From: Octopus vulgaris
Taxonomy: Eukaryota
Length of the DNA stretch: 64,000 nt
Reading direction: 5' to 3'
Assembly: GCA_951406725.2 (NCBI GenBank)
Contig: OX597814.1
Coordinates: 171,306,001-171,370,000 of the forward strand
Both the position numbers and the translations under genes were made by a program. A model generated the notes under the pieces. That model made no database searches and had not been told where the DNA came from. It saw only the letters and a list, made by a program, of their open reading frames with translations. Each line of letters starts with the position of its first letter. Position 1 is the stretch's first letter. Shown piece after piece: positions 1 through 12,228 of this stretch.

Positions 1-283
1 CGGTAGCGTTTCTTTTTGACTTCGCGTGTGCTGTGCTTAAAAACGTGTTTATATGTTTGGATTTGATTAAGTGTAGAATTAGATTAATATTCTGCTTCCA
101 GCTACAGTGTCGCTGCAAGGATTTGAAAAATAGGGCAGATTTTTCCTCCCTTATTTTGTGATTTAGGGAGGATTTAAAAAAGATCCACTGAATATTGGTA
201 CATGTATCTTTGCATGTATAAAGCTCCTCCACGGCTATCGGCTACCATATGCAATCATGCATTTAAAAAATATATATATACAA

Positions 284-468
284 GTGCAGGCGTGGCTATA
301 TAGGGGCAGGTGTAGCTGTTGTAAGAAACTTGCTTCAAAAACACATGGCTTAGGGTTCACTCCCACTGCGTGCCACCTTATCTTGAACAAGTGACTACTA
401 CTATAGCCTCAAGTCGACTAAAGCCTTATGAGTGGAGTTCGTTCACGGAAACTAAAAGAAGACCGTCA
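284..468 (+). mobile_element. SINE family A, degenerate 5' half
   Basis: Aligns by eye to the head of better copies (GGGTTCACTCCCACTGCGTGCCACCTT...CTATAGCCTC...GGAAACTAAAAGAAGACCGTC), then runs into (TG)n. Confidence 0.7.
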
Positions 469-776
469 TGTGTGTGTGTGTGTGTTTGTATGTATTTTCA
501 GTTCTTCCCTATATATTTTCACTCGTGCGGTACCTTTCAATTTTACCTTTGCTCACACCATCGTCCATCTTTCTTTTCCTCACGTGACCATCTCTCTTTC
601 CCGCACGGACGATCTAAGGGCTGGACGTCTCCTATATCTCTCTCTTCTATCTTTTCTCTTATACTGTTATTTAATTGAATGCCACGCATCCATTTCCAAG
701 TAAGTTTGTCTTGACCTTTTTGATGCGACTCTACTCTATACTGTTTTCTCCCGTATCCTCTCTAATCTCCTTTTCT

Positions 777-807
<31 letters not shown>

Positions 808-1260
808 GTCTTTCTCTTTTTCTCTCTCTCGTTGCTCACATGTGACCATCGTCCATCTTTCTTTTCTTCGCGTGACCATCTTTCTTTCCTGCAATATTTC
901 TCTCAGCATTCACTATTCCCCCCCCATCGTTCAGGTCTAACCACCCTTCATGTTTGTTTTCGTTCAGTTTCCCTGTGTGTCTACACATCACCTGTTTTTG
1001 TTCCTAAATATCTTTTAAAGATATTTATTGACTTGATCGGTTTCACTTTAAAAAAAGAAAGATTTTCAAAAGTAAAGTGTAGGGCTTTTTGTGGTGTAAA
1101 AAATTAGGTTGTGTGGTAAGTAGCTTGCTTACCAACCACAAGGTCCCGGGTTCAGTCCCACTGCGTGGCACCTTGGGCAAGTGTCTTCTACTATAGCCTC
1201 GGGCCGCCCAAAGTCTTGTGAGTGGATTTGGTAGACGTAAACTGAAAGAAGCCCATCGTA

Positions 1261-1261
1261 A

Positions 1262-1311
<50 letters not shown>

Positions 1312-1590
1312 GTATATATGTATATGTATATATGTATATATGTATATGTATATATGTATATGTATATATGTATATGTATATATGTATATATATATATGTA
1401 TATATGTATATATGTATATGTATATATGTATATATGTATATGTATATATGTATATATATATATGTATATATGTATATGTATATATGTATATATATATATG
1501 TATATATGTATATGTATATATGTATATATATATATATGTATATATGTATATATATATATGTATATATGTATATATGTATATGTATATATG

Positions 1591-1671
<81 letters not shown>

Positions 1672-1692
1672 GTATATATGTATATATGTATA

Positions 1693-1749
<57 letters not shown>

Positions 1750-1848
1750 ATATATATGTATGTATATATATATGTATGTATATATATATGTATGTATATA
1801 TATATGTATGTATATATATATGTATGTATATATATATGTATGTATATA

Positions 1849-1895
<47 letters not shown>
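1261..1895. repeat. (TA)n/(TATATG)n compound microsatellite
   Basis: Directly visible; source of several spurious IY-rich ORFs. Confidence 0.95.
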
Positions 1896-1899
<4 letters not shown>

Positions 1900-2041
1900 A
1901 TTTTGATTTTTCCAGTTTCAGCTAATGTGCTGTGGCCATGCTGGGGCACCGCCATTTGGTTTGCTACACGATTTTACCTCACGGATGCTTTTTAGCAAAC
2001 GCCATCTGATGCATGAGAGAGTTCGATGCAGCTGCCCTCAT
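1896..2041 (-). mobile_element. CR1-type LINE 3' end (5'-truncated)
   Basis: Minus frame encodes [11 protein letters not shown], resembling the invertebrate CR1 ORF2 C-terminal motif RAAxSNSL; short 3' UTR ending GGCGGTGCCCCAGCATGGCCACAGC...GCTGAAAC and a short-repeat tail. Confidence 0.7.
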
Positions 2042-2072
2042 ATATATATCTATGTATATATATATATATATG

Positions 2073-2161
<89 letters not shown>

Positions 2162-2220
2162 ATATATATGTATATATATATGTATATATATATGTATGTA
2201 TATATATATATGTATATATG

Positions 2221-2271
<51 letters not shown>

Positions 2272-2614
2272 CTGTGTTTGTCCCCCCAACATCGCTTGAC
2301 AACCGACGGTGGTGTGTTTACGTCGCCATAACTTAGCGGTTCGGCAAAAAGGGACGGATAGAATAAGTACTAGGCTTACAAAGAATAAGTCCTGGGGTCG
2401 ATTTGCTCGACTAAAGGCGGTGCTCCAGCATGACCGCCGCAGTCAGATGACTGAAACAAGAAAAAAGAGTAACAGAGAAAGATATATATATTAAAATACA
2501 GTGATAGAGTCTTTGACAATGATAAGAAAATGTTAAGTGAGGCTTTGCGCTTAAACACACACATATATATATATATGTATGTATGTATATATGTGTGTAT
2601 ATTTATATATATAT

Positions 2615-2731
2615 AGTTGAAAATATGTGGAAAACAGATAAAAAGTGGGAGAGAAATGCCTTCGTTTCATATAGTTTGAAACGAAGGCATTTCTCCTTCA
2701 CTTTTTATATGTTTTCCACATATTTTCAACT
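2615..2731. repeat. Palindrome, 55-bp arms, 7-nt loop
   Basis: 2615-2669 is the reverse complement of 2677-2731 with 4 mismatches. Confidence 0.95.
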
Positions 2732-2793
2732 CATAATTTTGCCACGTGGTGTATACTACGGATTCTCCAGTATTTTTACACCTTTTGTATTCC

Positions 2794-2852
<59 letters not shown>

Positions 2853-3156
2853 TTGTGTGTGTGTGCATGCGTGTCCAAGATGATGATGATGAGGAAGACG
2901 GGGACGGTGATGTTGATACTGCTGCTGCTTCTGATGATGATGATCACGTTAAGAAAAAATATGCGCCATAGTTGGTGTGAGAGTGAAATAGATCTCTCTA
3001 TCTCCTTCGTACCCCAAACATCAGTGATCACTCTGAAAAATGCGAAAAGCCGGAAAAACAAACAACAAAAAACAAAAAAAAAACAAAAAAAAAAATACAT
3101 AGTCTGCGATACCAGAAGCAGGTGTATCTAAGTTTAATACGTATGAGTATATAATA

Positions 3157-3592
3157 AGGTGAAGCTGGCAGGATCGTTAGCACGCTGGGCAACATGCTTA
3201 GCGACATTGCGTTCTTCTTTATGTTCTGAGTTCAAATTCCACCGGAGCCGGCTTTGCCTTTCATCCTCTCGGGAATTGATAAAATAAGTACCTATTTCTT
3301 TATTACCCACAAGGGGCTAAGCACAGAGGGGACACATAAGGACAGACATAGGTATTAAGTCGATTACATCGACCCCAGTGCGTAACTGGTACTTAATTTA
3401 TCGACCCCGAAAGGATGAAAGGCAAAGTCGACCTCGGCGGAATTTGAACTCACAACGTAACGGCAGACGAAATACCGCTAAGCATTTTGCCCGGCGTGCT
3501 AAAGTTTCTGCCAGCTCGCCGCCTTAAAATAAGTACCACTTGAACACTTTTCCCCGAAATAGCTGGCCTTTTTTGCCAAAATTTGAAACTAA
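3157..3592 (+). mobile_element. SINE family B (older copy) interrupted by a B1 copy
   Basis: Head AGCTGGCAGGATCGTTAGCACG, GAGTTCAAATTCC, Nin-like GCCTTTCATCC...GATAAAATAAGTACC; resumes after 3537. Confidence 0.8.
3293..3524 (-). mobile_element. SINE B1, full length, 13-bp TSD
   Basis: TSD TAAAATAAGTACC at 3280-3292 and 3525-3537; tail ...AGCCCCTTGTGGGTAATAAAGAAATA. Confidence 0.9.
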
Positions 3593-3659
3593 TATGTATC
3601 TGTATATATATGCGTTGGTTTTTGTGCCTTTCTATTCCTTTTCTTTCTGTTTTCTTTCT

Positions 3660-3908
3660 TCTTTTACTTGTTTCAGTCATTTGACTGCGGCCATGCTGGA
3701 GCACCGCCTTTAGTCGACACAAACATGCATATTTATGCATATATACGACGGGCTTCTATCAGTTTCCGTCTACCAAATCCACCCACAAGGCTTTGGTCGG
3801 CTCGAGTCTATAGTAGAAGACACTTGCCCAAGATGCCACGCAGTGGGACTGAACCCAGAACCATGTGGCTGGTAAGCAATCTACTTACCACTCAGCCTCT
3901 CCTGCGCC
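3660..3908 (-). mobile_element. SINE family A, internally deleted
   Basis: Head and tail match family A; most of the 3' half is missing. Confidence 0.85.
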
Positions 3909-3936
3909 TTTATATTCTTTTTCTTTTTTTCTTTCT

Positions 3937-4300
3937 TCTTTTACTTGTTTCATTCATTTGACTGCGGCCATGCTGGAGCACCGCCTTTAGTCGAACGAAT
4001 GGACCCCATGACTTATTCTTTGTAAGCCTAGTACTTATTCTATCGTTCTCCTTTTGCCGAACCGCTAAGTTACGGGGACGTAAACACACCAACGTCGGTG
4101 GGTTGGGGGACAAACACAGACACAAACATATGCATATTTATGTGTATATACGACGGGCTTCTTTCAGTTTCCGTCTACTAAATCCATCAACAAGGATTTG
4201 GTCGGTCCGAGTCTATAGTAGAAGACACTTGCCCAAGATGCCACGCAGTGGGACTGAACCCAGAACCATGTGGTTGGTAAGCAAGCTACTTACCACACAG
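3937..4300 (-). mobile_element. SINE family A, near full length
   Basis: Colinear with 35143-35553. Confidence 0.9.
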
Positions 4301-4519
4301 TATTTGCATATATGTTTGAGTGTATATATAGTTGTGTGTCTGTATGTATATTTCTTCCACCCCAGCCTGTCTCTTTATTGTGGTAATGTCAGTATATACG
4401 TCGCTCTCCTCCTCTCCTTATTTCTCAGTTAGTGATATGTTCTTTGTGTATTATGCATGTGTGTGTGTGTGTGTGTGTGTGTGTTTGGCCATGTACTTCC
4501 CTCTCTCTCAGTGTCTTTC

Positions 4520-4559
<40 letters not shown>

Positions 4560-4654
4560 CCTCCCCAATCTTCTGTGTGTGTGTGTGTGCGTGTGTGTGT
4601 TTGGCCATGTACTTCCCTCTCTCTCAGTCTCTCTCTCTGTCTTTCTCTCCAATC

Positions 4655-4719
<65 letters not shown>

Positions 4720-4877
4720 CGTGCGTGCGCGTGCGTGCGTGCATTCATGTGTGCGTGCATTCATGTCCTAATCCCTCACTGAAAACTTCTCTGCGTGTAT
4801 ATAAGTGTCTGTAGGTAAGTGTGTCTCTGTGTTAGCATGAATCCATATGTGTTGGTATATACATGTGTGAGTGTATG

Positions 4878-4922
<45 letters not shown>

Positions 4923-5342
4923 ATGTGCCTATGTGTTTTACTCACTCTGTTCCAGTGTGTGTGTGTGAGTGTGTGTTCTTGTACTTCCCACCTCTCTCTA
5001 ACCTTTTCTTTGTTAATGTCTGTGTGTTTGTTGTGTGTTTGTTGTGTGTGAATGTCTTGTGTTGTACAGAATACTGACCTTTATGAATAATTATCCCCAT
5101 ACATGAGAGGGATAGTGGAAGCGCAAAAATGCTTATATGTTTTTTTTTATTATTATTATCTCTCAAAAAAAATGTTAGGCGACCTGGTGTCCGTGTTTCG
5201 GCCTCTGATGTCACCCTTTCAGTTGTTCTTGTGCCAATAAAGGAATTCAATATCACATCTCGACCGGGCCAACTTCGCCTTTCGCCTTTCATCCTTTCTG
5301 GGTCACAAAAGAAAAAAGAAGAAAAATGAATTACCAGAAAAT

Positions 5343-5746
5343 ATTCTTTTCTATTTATTATAGACACAAGGCCTGAAATTCGAGGGAGGGCGATAGTCGA
5401 TTTCATCGACCCCGGTACTCAACTGGTACTTAATTTATCGACGCCGAAAGGATGAAAGGCAAAGTCGACCTCGGTGGAATTTGAACTCAGAACGTAACGG
5501 CAGACGAAATACCTATTTCTTTACTACCCACAAGGTGCTAAACACAGAGAGGACAAACAAGGACAGACAAACGGATTAAGTCGATTAGATCGGCCCCAGT
5601 GCGTAACTGGTACTTAATTTATCGACCCCGAAAGGATGAAAGGCAAAGTCGGCCTCGGTGGAATTTGAACTCAGAACGTAACGGCAGACGAAATACCGCT
5701 ACGCATTTCGCCCGGCGTGCTAACGATTCTGCCAGGTCACCCCCTT
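5343..5746 (-). mobile_element. SINE B2 (5343-5513) and B1 (5514-5746) in tandem or nested
   Basis: Two Nin-like bodies with different tails and one shared head. Confidence 0.85.
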
Positions 5747-5848
5747 AAATCATAATTATAGTAATCCTTTCTACTATAGGCACAAGGGCTGAAATTATTT
5801 TAGGGTGTGGGGTGGATAGTCGATTAAACTTAAGTAATAATGATGATG

Positions 5849-5901
<53 letters not shown>

Positions 5902-5986
5902 TATAATAATAATGATTCTTTCTACGATAGGCATAGAAAATATTGCAGAAAATATTTCTCTCATACGAGTTCAGGACCCTGTGTTT

Positions 5987-6365
5987 TATCAGAACCTATA
6001 GAGCGTCGGGAAAATACGCTTCACGGTATTTATCTCCGTTCTTTTACGCTCTGAGATCTGTGGAGATCAGCTTTACCTTTCACCCCTCTCAGATCGATAA
6101 ATGAAGTTCCAGTCAATTCAGGGGTCGATGTCACGGTAGCTAGCCCACCCACTTTAAAATAGATAGTCTTGGGTCCAAAGCCTCTCTGGCAAATAAAAGA
6201 AATCATCATCATTACCATTATTATTATTAGGGCAAGTGAGCTGGCAGAACCGTTACGCACTGCGGTCGACTTAATTCCTTTCCCCAAATTTGAGGCTTTT
6301 TGCTTCAAGTAGAAAGGATTATTATTGCAAAGGTGGCGAGCTGGTAGAACCGTTAAAACGCATAT
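5987..6365 (+). mobile_element. Degenerate SINE B fragments
   Basis: GAGCTGGCAGAACCGTT heads at ~6238 and ~6338; AGTAGAAAGGATTATT tail at ~6308-6323. Confidence 0.6.
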
Positions 6366-6370
6366 TTATC

Positions 6371-6654
6371 GATGAGCACAATATCTGACTGTCTCAACTC
6401 TGTGATCTGGTCACATTGTATGTTAATATCCCAGAGAAATTTATGTTCTTCATTTTCCAATACTCACCTCTGCCTGATGCTCATACCACCGCTTGGCTCT
6501 CTCAAGTTTTACTTTATCCCACAAATGCCAGCGCACGTACCCTGGCCATATTCTAATGTCTCCTTCGTGTGGCCAATGGTTTCAGGAAACATTTTACATA
6601 ATGGCAAGTCAATGGTTTTTTTTTATCAATATAGTAATTTAGTAATTGATGCCA

Positions 6655-6655
<1 letters not shown>
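6371..6655 (-). mobile_element. RLE non-LTR retrotransposon fragment (R4/Dong-like), frameshifted
   Basis: Minus frames give ERAKRWYEHQ...ENEEHKFLWDINIQCD...SDIVLI, homologous to 14760-15197. Confidence 0.75.
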
Positions 6656-6748
<93 letters not shown>

Positions 6749-7501
6749 GAGTGAGAGAGCAGTGCATGCCATCAAAGTGACACCGCTGAAAAAATATACG
6801 AAACCCAGTATACCCATCCTGACTATCCGCCTGATAAGGGTACACCAGGCACATGCATCACAACCATCGGTGCAGGACATAGTAATCTCATATCAAGTAA
6901 ACAGTGCATGACCTCACAGGTGGGGCCTAGTTATAATTTTCTTCTGGTCGAGTAGCCCATCCTACTCAAAAGGTCGCTGAATAAATGTTGTTTCAGGTTG
7001 TTGAACGAAACATCCATGTTTCCAGAGGTGAATTATCTAAACCCCAAAGAATTCCTCTCAGCACAATGGCTATGATGCTACCCCACTAATTCTGCTCGTG
7101 ATCAGAGATGCACATACCATCAGCCACTAAGGGACATGCTCAACTGGTTAAAGTCAAACAACTGACAAGAAAATCTGTGGTGTTGAGCAGAATATTTGCT
7201 GTAGCCCACCTTGTATGTGTATGTATGTATCAGAGCATGTGTATGTGTTCAGGAGCTATATGTTTCAGTAAGTATATGTATGCATGTGCACAGATGTATA
7301 CTCTTTTACTCTTTTACTTGTTTCAGTCATTTGACTGTGGCCATGCTGGAGCACCGCCTTTAGTCGAGCAACTCGACCCCGGGACTTATTCTTTGTAAGC
7401 CCAGTACTTATTCTATCGGTCTCTTTTGCCGATCCGCTAAGTGACGGGGACATAAACACACCAGCATCGGTTGTCAAGCAATGCTAGGGGGACAAAACAC
7501 A

Positions 7502-7579
<78 letters not shown>

Positions 7580-7720
7580 CGTATATACGACGGGCTTCTT
7601 TCAGTTTCCGTATACCAAATCCACTCACAAGGCTTTGGTCGGCAAAACAATGGACATGATAACACTTGGAATCAATTAAGATCAAAAGCCATGAGAGCCA
7701 GTGCCTGGTACTGCGTCAGG
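6749..7720 (-). mobile_element. Family C non-coding element interrupted by SINE A
   Basis: 6749-7212 plus 7643-7720 are colinear with 8176-8731. Confidence 0.85.
7302..7642 (-). mobile_element. SINE family A, 5'-truncated
   Basis: Tail, 3' half, (CA)n(TA)n linker and part of the 5' half present. Confidence 0.9.
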
Positions 7721-7744
7721 ATCATCATCATCATCATCATTATT

Positions 7745-8025
7745 ATTTAGTAGTCTTATCTTTATCACGTGCTTTTACTGCACTACCGAGCACGTCTCTG
7801 TGTGCCTGGAGCGTGTAATGTGGTTTGTTGTGGTGCTCTTATTTTCACTGTATTGAAAGTGTTTTACGGAGGATGTGTGCGGTGCCTACTAGTGCTATTT
7901 TCTGTATGTCATTTATACATGTATGTCCTAGTGTTTTTGTTACGTATTTGAATGCTTTTTTTATCATACCTAATACGCCTGCTATAATAGGAATTGTTCC
8001 TGTTTTTAGGCTCCACATTCGAGTT
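7745..8025 (-). mobile_element. R4/Dong-like RLE LINE 3' end
   Basis: TRMWSLKTGTIPIIAGVLGMIKK...IQKIALVGTAHILRKTLSIQ*; same family as 15686-16253; flanked by (TTA)n-type repeats. Confidence 0.85.
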
Positions 8026-8107
8026 ATTATTATTATTATTATGATTGTTGTTGTTGTTGTTGTTATCATGATGATGATGATGATCATCATCATTATTATT
8101 ATTATTA

Positions 8108-8175
<68 letters not shown>

Positions 8176-8791
8176 GAGTGAGAGAGCAGTTCATGCCATC
8201 AAAGTGACACTGGGGTAAAATATACGAAACCCAGTATACCCATCATGACTACCCGTCTGATAAAGGTACACCAGGCACATGCATCACAACCATATGTGCG
8301 CGACATGATGATCTCATATCAAGATAAACAGCACATGACCTTGTAGGTGGGGCCCAGTTAGAATTTTCTTCAGGTTGAGTAGCCCATCCCGCTCAAACGG
8401 TCCCTGAATAAGGGTTGTTTAAAGATGTTGAAAGAACCACCCATGTTGCCAGAGGTGAACTATTCAAACCCCAAAGAATCCCTCTCAACACATGGCTATG
8501 ATGCTCCCTCACTACTTCTGCTCGTGATCAGAGATGCACATATCGTCAGCCACTAAGGGACATGCTCAACTGGTTATGGTCAAACAACTGACAAGCAAAT
8601 CTGTGGTATTGAGCAGAATATTTGCTGTAGCCCATCTTTTATACCAAGACAAAACAATGTACATGATAACACTTCCAATCAGTTAAGATCAGAAGCCATG
8701 AGAGCCACTGCCTGGTACTGCATCAGGGCATTTATGGTACTGCATCAGGGCATTGGTACTGCATCAGGGCATTGGTACTGCATCAGGGCAT
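8176..8791 (-). mobile_element. Family C element, apparently full length
   Basis: Four related copies in the window share the 3' end CTCTCTCACTC(AAT)n; (TAA)n on both sides; no recognisable ORF. Confidence 0.85.
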
Positions 8792-8811
8792 TTATTATTA
8801 TTATTATTATT

Positions 8812-9188
<377 letters not shown>

Positions 9189-9269
9189 TATCTCTTATGA
9201 TAAAAGGCAGATTTTCTCTGCCTCTGACATAGTTTGTTTTTAATACAATTGTACAATATAGAATTTCTT

Positions 9270-9619
9270 CAATTGGAATTTTCCTCTGATTTTTCGAAGT
9301 AGATTCCATTGGGTCATGGGATATCAATTTTTTTCAATTTCACCCCCAATTAAGCAAAAATTCGAGAAAACTAAATATTTTACGATTTGCCTCTCTCATA
9401 TCAACTGCTGCACTCCTTCTATTACCACACTTTCTCCTTACTACTCAAAAAAATACACAGGAAACAGAAACAAATAAATACATAACGATTTACTCCTCAC
9501 ACAATTGGAATTTACCTATGATTTTTCGAAGTACATTCCATTGGGTCATGGCACTGAAATTTCGTTCAATTTGACCCCCAATTAAGCAAAAATTCGAGAA
9601 AACTCAATATTTTACGATT
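9270..9619. repeat. Direct repeat, 2 x 118 bp, period 232 bp
   Basis: 9270-9387 vs 9502-9619 (CAATTGGAATTT...CCCCCAATTAAGCAAAAATTCGAGAAAACT...TTTTACGATT). Confidence 0.9.
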
Positions 9620-9867
9620 GGTTTTTAATTTACTTTCTGTCGCTAAGTTTTCGTAGTATTAATTTGCGAGCGTACTTCAGTTGTCAATTGTTGAAAGAAA
9701 GAAATTGTAAGCTAAGAAGGTGTGCGTGTGCGTGCGCGCGCGCGCGCGTGTGTGTCTGTGTGTCTGTGTGAGTGTGTGTGTGTGTGTAGGAAGTGAAGGA
9801 TAAAAATATGGCAAGAAGTGGACAGATGTACATATATACATACATACATACATGTGTGTGTGATACA

Positions 9868-9918
<51 letters not shown>

Positions 9919-9938
9919 GTATTAATGTGTGTGTGTTA

Positions 9939-10328
9939 TCTCTCTCTATATAAAGCTGAAGTTGTCTGTGTGCGCCAGGTTTGGTAGCCTTCAACTAACA
10001 CTATCTCCTCCGAGACCCTGCGGCGCAAATTGATCAAAATTGAGAGTATGATAGAAGAAGGGTTGCTCTTCCTTCCGTACAAGATATAATTCAAATCGGA
10101 CCATGTTAACACCAAAAATTATTTACATCAAAAAGGTGCTTTTTTCTATGAAAATCCATATTTTTTACGATTTTTTCACTGCTGTGTCGCCACTTTTCGG
10201 TGTATTTCAACCAGAAAAATGTTCACTTGAAGAGAATAACAAGCTACATAATGCAAAACTTTTACTTTTCAAAAATTCCAATTCCAGCGGGTCGAAACAA
10301 ACCCGAGCAACGCCGGGCGATACTGCTA

Positions 10329-10329
<1 letters not shown>
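9939..10329 (+). mobile_element. Non-autonomous Helitron
   Basis: 5' TC, 3' CTAG, inserted between A and T with no TSD; subterminal GC hairpin CCCGAGCAACGCCGGG at 10302-10317. Confidence 0.85.
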
Positions 10330-10408
<79 letters not shown>

Positions 10409-10409
<1 letters not shown>

Positions 10410-11030
10410 TTGTTTTGTCTCAGGTTCGGTGTTATTGCTGGTAGGACTTATGTGGATAGCGTGTTACTACCTGTAGCCTTGGGTGTCCACAAGTTTTCAG
10501 CAGACTTCCAAGTGTTTAGGACCCTACTGATAATCCTTGTTGTCCTTAAGAGACAAACTTTATGTAGGAGCTGTACCAGGCATTCTATTTCAACCTCCCC
10601 CAGCCATTTATCTATATCAAGGCTCACTGCACCGATTATTATAGGCACGACCATTACTGTTCGCATGCTCTTAATTCTTCCTATTTCAAATTTTAGGGGA
10701 CTGTATTTTTTTGGTCTTTTTCTTCCTCTTCCTTTACGATCCTGGAATCAAATGGATATGATGGGTCCATAAGTAAACAACTTCGTTTTTCCTTATCAAT
10801 GATTGTAATATCTGGTCTATTGTTTTCTAATTTCTTGTCCATTTGAATTGGAAACTCCCCTAAAAATCTTACATTTCTCCGACTCTAGTACTCTTTCGAC
10901 TTGATGATTATACCATTTGTTTCCAGCTTAAAATCCTCATTTCTGGTACAATTTCCAGTGTAAAACTTTTACAGCCTGGTCGTGTCTCCATTTCGTATAT
11001 TCTTCCTGTGCCATCTTGGGGCATTCTCCC
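10409..11030 (-). mobile_element. R4/Dong-like RLE LINE 3' fragment (second family)
   Basis: Minus frames: ECPKMAQEEYTKWRHDQAVKVLHWKL...NNRPDITIIDKEK...VVPIIIGA (end of CCHC finger plus PD..D endonuclease); (TTA)n flanks. Confidence 0.85.
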
Positions 11031-11054
11031 GTTCCTAGTACCACAGGCTATATA

Positions 11055-11090
<36 letters not shown>

Positions 11091-11234
11091 TTTTTTTTTC
11101 TTCTTTCAAAATTGCTTCCATTTCTTAACGAGTGTCTTCCCGACTCCTAGGGCAAAGAAACTCACAGTATACATTGGTAGGCCATTAAACTAAACTCAAT
11201 AGTTCGTTAATTTTTTTTTTAAGTTAAATTAAAA

Positions 11235-11316
<82 letters not shown>

Positions 11317-11347
11317 AATAATAATAATATCATTAGTAATAATGATA

Positions 11348-11832
11348 ATACCACAGATTTGCTGTTTTGGTGTAAAAGATGGGCTACAGCAAATATTCTG
11401 CTCAATACCTCAGACTTGTTTGTCAGTTGTTTGACCTTAACCAGTTGAGCATGTCCCTCAGTGGCTGGTGATATGTGCATCTCTGATCACGAGCAGAAGT
11501 AGTGAGGGAGCATCATGTGTTGAGAGGGATTCTTTGGGGTTTGAATAATTCACCTCTGGAAACATGGGTGTTTCGTTCAACAGTCTTAAACAACATTTAT
11601 TCAGGGACCTTTTGAGCAGGATGGGCTACTTGACCAGAAGAAAATTCTAACTGGGCCTCACCTGCAAGATCATGTGCTGTTTATCTTGATATGAGATCGC
11701 CATGTCGCGCACATATGGTTGTGATGCATGTGCCTAGTATACCCTTATCAGACGGGTAGTCATGATGGGTATACTGGGTTTCGTATATTTTACCCCAGTG
11801 TCACTTTGATGGCATGCACTGCTCTCTCACTC
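11348..11832 (+). mobile_element. Family C element, 5'-truncated
   Basis: Reverse complement of ~8176-8650; followed by (AAC/AAT)n. Confidence 0.85.
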
Positions 11833-11853
11833 AATAACAACAACAACAACAGC

Positions 11854-11934
<81 letters not shown>

Positions 11935-12228
11935 TATTAAGATGAACCGGCAGAATCAGAGCATCAGGAAAATGAATTTCCTTCCGGCTCTATACATTCA
12001 AGTTGAAAGTTCCGCCGAGGCCAGCTTCACCTTTCGTCCCTCCGAGGCCAATAGGATACATAGCAACTCAAGTACTAGTATCAGTGTTACACTCCTCTCT
12101 TCAAAATTGCTTACTTTGTGCCTGAATTAGAAGGATTGTTAAAAATATTTTATTGGTCTTCACACAATATTCTTGTTATTAACATCAACAACATCACTCA
12201 GATAAACAATCAGCAGCACCATGGGCTT

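Larger units (their letters stand above)
1107..2470 (+). mobile_element. SINE family A with ~1 kb internal microsatellite expansion and a nested CR1 end
   Basis: 5' half at 1107-1260 (B-box-like GGTTCAGTCCC, CORE-like CCTTGGGCAAGTG); 3' half at 2270-2470 ending GGCGGTGCTCCAGCATGACC...GACTGAAACAAG. Confidence 0.85.

Noticed and set aside
144-172. 8-bp hairpin TCCTCCCT/AGGGAGGA as a terminator
   Set aside because: Short, expected by chance, and eukaryotic context.
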